Source of the DNA: Thermoplasmatota archaeon
GTDB taxonomy: Archaea; Thermoplasmatota; Penumbrarchaeia; Penumbrarchaeales; Penumbrarchaeaceae
Direction of reading: 5' to 3'
Length of the DNA: 10,236 nt
Assembly: GCA_965234725.1 (NCBI GenBank)
Contig: CBDDUX010000091.1
Coordinates: forward strand, 1-10,236
Shown: positions 4,501-10,236 of the stretch, one piece after another
Numbering within the stretch: the stretch's first letter is position 1
Layout: the number at the start of each line of letters is the position of its first letter
The notes under the pieces: generated by a model
What the model was told of the DNA's origin: nothing
Database searches by the model: none
The model's input: the letters and a program-made list of their open reading frames with translations, nothing else
Made by a program: the position numbers and the translations under genes

Positions 4501-7485
4501 GGTGCGATCGATGGTGGTGTATTCATCTGGGAGGGGAAGGAGGTTTATCTTAGGGATATCAAGGTGACCACAGCCAGATTATTGGGTTCAGCACCTGTAG
4601 ATGATCCTGAAGGCATCATGGGTCAGGTCCATTATCTTTCACCTCTTTCCGGCCCATACGGCATGAGGGTTACCGGGAGGTCCCTTTTCGGGTATGATGA
4701 TGTTCGTTCGATCTCGATAACAATGGATTCCCTACAAGGACCCGGGACTGCCACAATGGTATTCAACACCTCGAAAAAAGGATTTGAGCTGTTCAGCACC
4801 GGTGATTTCACGGGCAGTATATGGATGGACCTAAATACATCATCAGGGACCAGTGACAAGATCGAATCCTGGTATGTGGATTTCTCTTTCTATGTTGATT
4901 GGGATATGCCAGACCCTGATGTGATAACCACCAATATCAACGGAGGAACCTCATCTTTCATCAACTACCTCACCAAGGAGTTCAGGATCGATAGAACTGT
5001 CTACATCGAGGATGAAGGATTGTCGATAACAGATGAACTTGGCGGCCAGTTACCAAAATGGCTCAATGCTTCAAGCAATATCGGAGTGGGCAATATCTCG
5101 CTATCTCACGTGATCAATGGTGAAAGGATCTTGGGAGAGGCTCTTGAAACCATCCCTCTTGGCCTATACAGACCGGATGGTATCCTCATTGGAAGGACAC
5201 ACGTTAATGACAGTCGACTGGATGTGGGGATCACTTCAATTGGTGAAGGGATCAACAGCGGTGGAGCCAACTTCAAGATCGCACCTCTTCCAGATGACCC
5301 CCTCCCTGATGGATCCATTTGGCAGAGGGACCTTACCTTCAACCTCAATGTGGATACATCACCTCCGGCAGAGGTGTCCAATTTCAATGTTTTCCCCGAT
5401 GGAAAGGAGAAAGGGATCGTTCCAGTGGATGATGACAGGTTCGTGGAGATAGGATGGTCAGAGATCAATGACATGGGACCATCTGGGATCAACAGATACA
5501 CCCTTGAGGTCATAGGAGAAGGATACAACTCAACTTATGATTCTGTCAGGTCCGGAGACCTGATCATGATACCAGAAGGTGAAGTCCATTTTAGCCTCTG
5601 GGCGGTGGACAATGCCAGAAACGAAGGACCCAGGACAGATCGGACAATGATCTCCGATATCGGCTCTCCCTTCTTCTGGTCACCCAGACCAGTGGATGGG
5701 GCATGGCTTACCGACCAGCAGGAGGAGATGTCCATCATGGCGGATGATGCTGTATCCGGATTGGACCTGAAAACTGCTGAATACCGGGTCTATTATTCCA
5801 GTGCGGGTGTTGTCGGCGAATGGATGGATGTTTTTGGATTGGAAGCTCTTGATGATGGGACGCGCTTAGTGGCTCCCATACCAGATGAAGAAGCCTTCGG
5901 TCTCTATGTTCAATGGAAGATATCCGACCTGGCCGGGTCAACAACTGTCTCGGAACCATTCACATTCAACAAGGACATTTCACCACCCCTCATCGAACCA
6001 TCGAAGACCTCATTGACAGCTGGACCCGGTGAGATCGTATTCGAATGTTTCATGGAGGATACTCTTTCATGGTTGAACCTCTCCACAGTGGAATTCCAAT
6101 TAGAGAGAGCAGGTTCTGCGGAAGAGACTCCATGGATATCATTGAACCTGGATGGTTTCAGGATATCTGCTTCTCCATCGATATCCATAGTCCCCGGTTT
6201 CGAAGGATATGGTTATGCCAAATGGAGAGTGATGGACAGAGCCGGAAATTCTGTGGAGAGCGATCCGATCACGGTCCTTGTGGACGGAACACTACCCCGG
6301 TTTACCGAATTCACCCCGAACTCATCTATCATCCAGTCAAAGTTGAAAGTTGAAGTGACCACCACTATCATCGAGGAAGGCAGTGGTCTCTCACTTGGGG
6401 ATGTCGAGATCTCAGTATCAACCATTTCCGGTTGGGTTCAATACGGAGTGGGAGGCTTCTCCCCCTGGTCTCCAGTTGAAACGCTTGAGGAGTTCAATAA
6501 TAATTATATTGCGACTGCAACCGTCACTCTGGATGAAGGTAGGTTCAATCTTATCAGATTCCGGATCAGGGACAGAGCCGGTAACGGATGGGTCATCTCC
6601 AGATCACATTCCATAGAGGTGGATCTTCCGAAGATCAATCTTCCCCCTACTGCCCTTTTCAACGTCCTTCCTGTATCGGATATGATATTCAGGGGTGAAA
6701 CATTGGTACTTGATGCCTCCCCATCCATCGATCCGGAAGGAACTTCACTGAACTATACATGGTACTCCGATCTGGAAGGATTCCCTGGGATTGGACTTCT
6801 TGGCAAAGATTTGAAGATCAATATCACCTTGACAACACTTGGTGTCCACAAGATATGGGTTGTTGTCACTGACGGAGTGAATACTGTGACCTCTGATGAG
6901 GTCAAGATAAGGGTTCTGGAAGTGGAACAGGAACAGAATGTAGATTCCAACCCCCAAAGGTCCCTATGCGACAAACTGAAAGATGCTATACTATTCGTTA
7001 TCATCGCTCTTCTGATCGGTCTGATACTTGGCGCCCTATCCGTTTATTTGGTAATTATCAGACGGAGGGAGGCTGAGACCATGCAAGAGCAGCCCCTGCT
7101 TGTGGACGCGGTATATGATGATGATATCGTGGTACCGTACTGCCCATATTGCAATGAAGAAGCCCGATTGTCGGATGACTACTGTGTGAAATGCGGTTCG
7201 ATCTTTACCAAGAAGGATAAAGAGAACATGGCCAAGGGCAGAACAGGGAGATCTAAGAAGAAGAAAAAATCCCTAAAAGCCGCAGATGAAGAAGAGCAAG
7301 AGGGTGACATAGTTGAGAATTGGGGTCCTCCTGCTATTGAGGATGAGGTCGAACTGGAATCGGAATTCATGTCTGAAACCCCTGACGAGCTGGAGATAGA
7401 GGAGCTCAAAGAAGAGGACCTGGAAGAGGTTGAGGAACTTGAGATGGAGGAATTGGAAGAAGATGAATGGGAGGTGGAAGAATGA
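1522..7485 (+). CDS. Giant FG-GAP (integrin-alpha-like) repeat cell-surface protein, 1987 aa, single C-terminal TM anchor, cytoplasmic zinc ribbon and acidic tail
   Basis: Signal peptide MYRIASFFRILPAILLITITFFSMFIPGTGVIDA. Fourteen (G)D-x-(D/N)-x-D-x-x-x-(D/E)-L/I-x-(I/V)-G/S repeats (~1700-4535). Beta-rich region with an FN3-like module (DTSPPAEV...WSE...YTL...WAVDNARN) and three Ig-like modules ending D-x-AG-(N/S). PKD-like domain (NLPPTA...LDASPSIDPEG...YTWYSD...GVHKIWVVVTDG). TM helix AILFVIIALLIGLILGALSVYLVII followed by RRR, then CPYC/CVKC, KKKKK and an E/D-rich end. Confidence 0.93.
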   Translation: MYRIASFFRILPAILLITITFFSMFIPGTGVIDALTPEELEGWALIGRDEFMTITGQTGSTGFGSVVEMGDMDGDGRDDIVVGVPTYSGNGGTGAVLIYFARDLDDISPLRALEDADVIIFGEDPGDRFGQNLAIGDMNGDGRNELMISATQAFGWKDNRRMSGEVYILSGRERSEFPSKLWIEKTPLYGHIYGRDPMDMAGIRMVVGDLTGDGLDELVIGTNGAGGFGGHPGPPPYHADSENNAPNSWEIEVIQGKNLPIGNIVLDLDQKMVRYFSSWNSTLTPTDTHAKSIGRGVEITDFNGDGTGDLIFSWSRWVGGKSVEELVSTQIEVITGGSGFPHVPINTTIDIIIPSFSPDLTIQLNKTMIEPPFLKGGDLDGDQYNDIVIGSPEGLDIFERMPNAGRTYILQGFNYSEGQTIFSDSFASTIYGYDSSDLLGSSLICSDLDNDGYDELIIGAPGADGEKNLLPDCGEGYVFDLDGTFTTDLEISDSDEKFMGPLECIGSFTTITSGDINEDGYQDLLVSSPHFLSEDGDAELGLLSLFMVKSDFEAKIYGGTDSSDLGRATVIDDFDKDGYMDLAIGDPGAFESQDGGVFLFFGGPTGWKPILNLDFDADIIYKVDLEGNKDHMGSSLTSGDLNDDTYPDLIVGSPWMNNCGGLNIFWGGNRTYMEEKNGKRVFGQSAQMFGSAVSVGDFNGDDVDDLAVSAVGTLATQSLGRYHAGNVYILFGPLTSGDVSVYTADVVITGSIPNEQIGKSLASGDIDNDGRDELVIGAPLSDLGSITDQGVVYILTGRDVWNPDYDLLTDVILRIFGPWPYDQVGESLALGDLDGDDLDEVLIGSTSGDGYQRTTKEAGNVYIMMGDYLNTALGGLNMSLRDQFNMSIFGETERERLGTSLSVGDLDGDGKNDVAIGAKGWTDPVSGIVSGAVKILPSRMIRDGGELNSSSLPLISSKKGEDLFGTSIAVGDLSNDGNDDLLVGAPGYDPYGTGAIDGGVFIWEGKEVYLRDIKVTTARLLGSAPVDDPEGIMGQVHYLSPLSGPYGMRVTGRSLFGYDDVRSISITMDSLQGPGTATMVFNTSKKGFELFSTGDFTGSIWMDLNTSSGTSDKIESWYVDFSFYVDWDMPDPDVITTNINGGTSSFINYLTKEFRIDRTVYIEDEGLSITDELGGQLPKWLNASSNIGVGNISLSHVINGERILGEALETIPLGLYRPDGILIGRTHVNDSRLDVGITSIGEGINSGGANFKIAPLPDDPLPDGSIWQRDLTFNLNVDTSPPAEVSNFNVFPDGKEKGIVPVDDDRFVEIGWSEINDMGPSGINRYTLEVIGEGYNSTYDSVRSGDLIMIPEGEVHFSLWAVDNARNEGPRTDRTMISDIGSPFFWSPRPVDGAWLTDQQEEMSIMADDAVSGLDLKTAEYRVYYSSAGVVGEWMDVFGLEALDDGTRLVAPIPDEEAFGLYVQWKISDLAGSTTVSEPFTFNKDISPPLIEPSKTSLTAGPGEIVFECFMEDTLSWLNLSTVEFQLERAGSAEETPWISLNLDGFRISASPSISIVPGFEGYGYAKWRVMDRAGNSVESDPITVLVDGTLPRFTEFTPNSSIIQSKLKVEVTTTIIEEGSGLSLGDVEISVSTISGWVQYGVGGFSPWSPVETLEEFNNNYIATATVTLDEGRFNLIRFRIRDRAGNGWVISRSHSIEVDLPKINLPPTALFNVLPVSDMIFRGETLVLDASPSIDPEGTSLNYTWYSDLEGFPGIGLLGKDLKINITLTTLGVHKIWVVVTDGVNTVTSDEVKIRVLEVEQEQNVDSNPQRSLCDKLKDAILFVIIALLIGLILGALSVYLVIIRRREAETMQEQPLLVDAVYDDDIVVPYCPYCNEEARLSDDYCVKCGSIFTKKDKENMAKGRTGRSKKKKKSLKAADEEEQEGDIVENWGPPAIEDEVELESEFMSETPDELEIEELKEEDLEEVEELEMEELEEDEWEVEE
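1700..4535 (+). repeat. 14 FG-GAP repeats (protein level), i.e. two tandem 7-bladed beta-propellers
   Basis: Ca-binding loop motifs in order: DMDGDGRDD, DMNGDGRNE, DLTGDGLDE, DFNGDGTGD, DLDGDQYND, DLDNDGYDE, DINEDGYQD, DFDKDGYMD, DLNDDTYPD, DFNGDDVDD, DIDNDGRDE, DLDGDDLDE, DLDGDGKND, DLSNDGNDD. Confidence 0.9.
7387..7482 (+). repeat. Imperfect 48-bp (16-aa) tandem duplication in the Glu-rich tail
   Basis: ELEIEELKEEDLEEVE (7387-7434) is followed directly by ELEMEELEEDEWEVEE (7435-7482). Confidence 0.5.
7470..7485 (+). promoter_or_regulatory. Shine-Dalgarno GGAGGTG and ATGA start/stop overlap (translational coupling)
   Basis: GGAGGTG at 7470-7476 lies within the last codons of the upstream gene. 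ATG 7482-7484 overlaps its TGA at 7483-7485. Confidence 0.88.
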
Positions 7486-10236
7486 GGATAAGATCCATAT
7501 CGATCCTTTCGGTCATGTTCATGATCATGGCTGCCTTCTCTATGATGAACGGTCCGGAAGGGGCATTGGCATTCGAGAACGATATCAAAATGAACCAGGA
7601 TTCCGGGGAAGCTTCCCAGGCCAACTCTGATGTGGCTACCAACAATAATAACGTCTATGTCGTCTGGCAGGATAACAGAAGAGGCAACTGGGATATTTTC
7701 CTCAGGTCCTCTCCAGACAGGGGTAAGACATTCTCGGATGAGATCAGGGTCGATGATACTAGCAAGACCCCGACCCTAACCGATGATCAAACCTCGCAAG
7801 TGGATCCGGAGATAGCCGTGGCACCTGACGGCAAGATATTCGTGGCATGGGCGGATGACAGAGATGGAAGGTCAATGATCTACATTACAAGGTCGGAAGA
7901 TGGAGGGAAGACCTTCAAATCCAATTACAGGGTTTCCGACAATCCGATCGGGATCCAGACCAAACCCCACATGGACATATCGCCATCGGGTTATCTGTAC
8001 GTCGTATGGGAGGACACAAGGAATTCAATAGGTCACGAACAGATCTACGGTGCCTATTCCTCTGATGGCATTTCCTTTGGGCCGGCAAAAAGGATATCTG
8101 ATACCTCTACCAGCAATTACTGCTACGATCCATCTATCGCTTGGTCGGATGATTACAACCTGCATGTGGTCTGGACGGAGGACAGGGTCATAGATACGGA
8201 TATAAGGATCAGTTCCTCAGATGACAAGGGAGCCTCATTTTCTTCGTCATACATACTGAACAGGGACCCCTCATCCTCAGACCAGGATTCACCTTTCATT
8301 GATGCAAACACTACATCCATTGTCGTAGTGTGGAAGGACGCGCGAAGCTCATCCGCCGACATATACATGACCATTTCCAACGATGGTGGAAGCTCATTCC
8401 AGATGGAGTTCATCACCCACCCTACCTTCAAGACCGGGCATCAATATGACCCCGAAGTTATCATGGAGGCCAACGGCGACATCTCAATTTGCTGGACATC
8501 ATCACCGGGAAAGATCGATACTTCCAGATCGGACATACAAGTAACCAGATATTTCTCCAACAGGACCTTCGATGAGGTGGGGACAGTAAATGATAATTTA
8601 CCCGGAGTCACCCAGGACAGCCCGTCAATGGCAGCGATCGATGGGATCATGCATATCGTCTGGACCGATTATCGGAACAGCGGGCAGTCGGATATCTACT
8701 ACTCCAGGTCCATCTCCTCGGGCGAGGAGGGAGAGGCCCCAAGACTTCTCTTTGGAAGGGTCAATCCGGAGATCGGAGCTGTGGGCGATAAGTTCTATTT
8801 CTATGTCACCTATTTCGATGAGGAGAACGATCCTCCGATGGGATACCCAAAAGTGGATCTTAGATATCGTTCAGGTAGCGAACGGATCAGTTACCCCGGA
8901 TCTCCCTTCAACATGACAGCCCTCAGGGATGAATCATTCGATATGAACTACAGGAACGGTCAGAACTACATCTTCTCCATCACTCCGGATAGGGAGCTAG
9001 AGCTGTCTTACAGGTTCAATGTAACAGCCCTTACCGGAAACAGGACGACTATCTGGACAGAATGGGTAAGAGGTCCGATAATGGATTGGGAAGGACCTTC
9101 CTTTGAATTGATCTCACCAGCTCCCGGCAGCTGGCAGAAGAGTAATATTGTGAGTTTTGAGTTGAAGATCTTCGACGAGCTTTCAAATGTGGACCCATGG
9201 AGCATATTCTATCAGAGATACAATCTGGCCACTGAGAAATGGGACAGCTGGCAGAGGAAGGGGACCGTAAAGACCATTGATGAACACAATGTCTCCTACA
9301 AGGTGAATATAACAATGTTCGACGGCACTGACAATCAGGTCAGGTTCAGGGCAAGGGACCTGGTCGGGAACGGTGATGGTGACCTGGGGTATTCGGAAAG
9401 TGAAACATACAAGGTATGGGTGGACCCAACACCTCCGTTCTTTGAGGTGATATCCCCTAAAAAAGGAGTGACCCTCTACGACACGGATGTTGAGGTTGTC
9501 GTCAAGATCTGGGACATCGGAACAGGTCTCGACAAGGGATCAATAAACATTTCATATTCACTGGGAGGCAGTGATAATTACGGCGAATGGATACCTGTTG
9601 ACCAGATAGGAGGGATCATCACAGACGATGAGGATGAGGAGAACCTCCATTATCTGACAATGAACCTCTCCTTTTCACTGGGATTCAATAATTTCTTCCA
9701 CGTCAGGGCAGGCGATAATCTCGGAAATGAGAGGGTCTCCGACGGATTCCAGATAGTGATCAAAAAGAAGGAAGTGGTGGTCGAGGACAGACCTCCGGAA
9801 CCCGTTTCATCCATTCAACCTGCGGTTTCCGGATCGGTAAGACCTCATATTACATGGACCCCTACCTACGATCCCGATGGGGACCTTGTAACATACTGGT
9901 TCAGTGTTACCGACCTTTACGATGGCAGTTCGATATTCAACTGGACCGATTTGGGTGCCGGTGTGACATATTGGGACCCTGATGAATCCATATCTCTGGT
10001 ACCAAGCAGGTCCTACCTCATAGAGATCGTTCCCGAAGCCAACGGGTTGAATGGAACGACCACGAATTCCACCCTTCTGATATCAACCGATGCCAACATG
10101 CCTCCGTCCTCACCTTCGGGATTGGTCCCCAGGGCCACCAGCGATCCGTCCCCAACCCTCAGATGGGATGCATCCGTTGATCCTGACGCAACAGAGGACG
10201 AGGAATACTGGTTCATTCTAAACGGCTCCGATATGG
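7482..10236 (+). CDS. Large secreted Asp-box/BNR beta-propeller protein with Ig-like and FN3-like stalk modules; 3'-truncated by the window (>918 aa)
   Basis: Manual translation of frame +3 is open to the window end. Signal peptide MRIRSISILSVMFMIMAAFSMMNGPEGALA (A-x-A cleavage). Seven blades: VYVVWQDNR, IFVAWADDR, LYVVWEDTR, LHVVWTEDR, IVVVWKDAR, ISICWTSSP, MHIVWTDYR. Asp boxes: SPDRGKTF, SEDGGKTF, SSDGISF, SDDKGASF, SNDGGSSF. These are followed by Ig-like modules ending RARDLVGN and RAGDNLGN, and FN3-like units (DRPPEPV...ITWTPTYDPDGD; NMPPSSPSGL...LRWDASVDPD). Strong SD and ATGA overlap. Confidence 0.92.
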   Translation, partial: MRIRSISILSVMFMIMAAFSMMNGPEGALAFENDIKMNQDSGEASQANSDVATNNNNVYVVWQDNRRGNWDIFLRSSPDRGKTFSDEIRVDDTSKTPTLTDDQTSQVDPEIAVAPDGKIFVAWADDRDGRSMIYITRSEDGGKTFKSNYRVSDNPIGIQTKPHMDISPSGYLYVVWEDTRNSIGHEQIYGAYSSDGISFGPAKRISDTSTSNYCYDPSIAWSDDYNLHVVWTEDRVIDTDIRISSSDDKGASFSSSYILNRDPSSSDQDSPFIDANTTSIVVVWKDARSSSADIYMTISNDGGSSFQMEFITHPTFKTGHQYDPEVIMEANGDISICWTSSPGKIDTSRSDIQVTRYFSNRTFDEVGTVNDNLPGVTQDSPSMAAIDGIMHIVWTDYRNSGQSDIYYSRSISSGEEGEAPRLLFGRVNPEIGAVGDKFYFYVTYFDEENDPPMGYPKVDLRYRSGSERISYPGSPFNMTALRDESFDMNYRNGQNYIFSITPDRELELSYRFNVTALTGNRTTIWTEWVRGPIMDWEGPSFELISPAPGSWQKSNIVSFELKIFDELSNVDPWSIFYQRYNLATEKWDSWQRKGTVKTIDEHNVSYKVNITMFDGTDNQVRFRARDLVGNGDGDLGYSESETYKVWVDPTPPFFEVISPKKGVTLYDTDVEVVVKIWDIGTGLDKGSINISYSLGGSDNYGEWIPVDQIGGIITDDEDEENLHYLTMNLSFSLGFNNFFHVRAGDNLGNERVSDGFQIVIKKKEVVVEDRPPEPVSSIQPAVSGSVRPHITWTPTYDPDGDLVTYWFSVTDLYDGSSIFNWTDLGAGVTYWDPDESISLVPSRSYLIEIVPEANGLNGTTTNSTLLISTDANMPPSSPSGLVPRATSDPSPTLRWDASVDPDATEDEEYWFILNGSDM

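Noticed and set aside
7456..7482. C-terminal EEDEWEVEE resembling the eukaryotic WASP acidic (DEW) or kinesin W-acidic motif
   Set aside because: It is a low-complexity acidic context, the Trp codon is explained by the overlapping SD, and no WH2/central motif is evident.
2229..10216. Numerous short antisense and alternate-frame ORFs inside the two large genes
   Set aside because: They are shadow ORFs (Ser/Pro/Ile-rich antisense of Asp/Gly/Glu codons) with no independent support.
1..10236. CRISPR array, tRNA/rRNA, integron attC array or DGR template/variable repeats
   Set aside because: No regularly spaced nucleotide repeats, no conserved sites at the fragment junctions, no RNA-gene signatures and no reverse transcriptase were seen. 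The repeats are diverged and visible only at protein level.

Overview
This window looks archaeal, most likely Thermoplasmatota-like (inference from GGAGGT(G) Shine-Dalgarno sites, an ISH3-type transposase fragment and the surface-protein architecture). It has two parts. (1) Bases 1-~1340 are a patchwork of short, unrelated gene fragments: the 3' end and right terminus of an ISKra4/ISLre2-type IS, an ISH3-like transposase N-terminal fragment, an IS1634-like transposase fragment with an internal stop (absent from the ORF track), a GLUG-repeat surface-protein fragment and a C-terminally truncated DUF2085-like gene on the minus strand. (2) From 1522 to the window end are two intact, translationally coupled, very large secreted proteins. 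The first is a 1987-aa type I membrane protein with 14 FG-GAP repeats (two 7-bladed propellers), Ig/FN3/PKD-like stalk modules, one TM helix and a cytoplasmic CxxC-x10-CxxC zinc ribbon followed by poly-Lys and a Glu-rich tail. The second is a >918-aa protein missing from the ORF track because it has no stop in the window; it has a 7-bladed Asp-box (BNR) propeller and the same family of Ig-like stalk modules. Family assignments come from motif recognition by eye; no searches were run.
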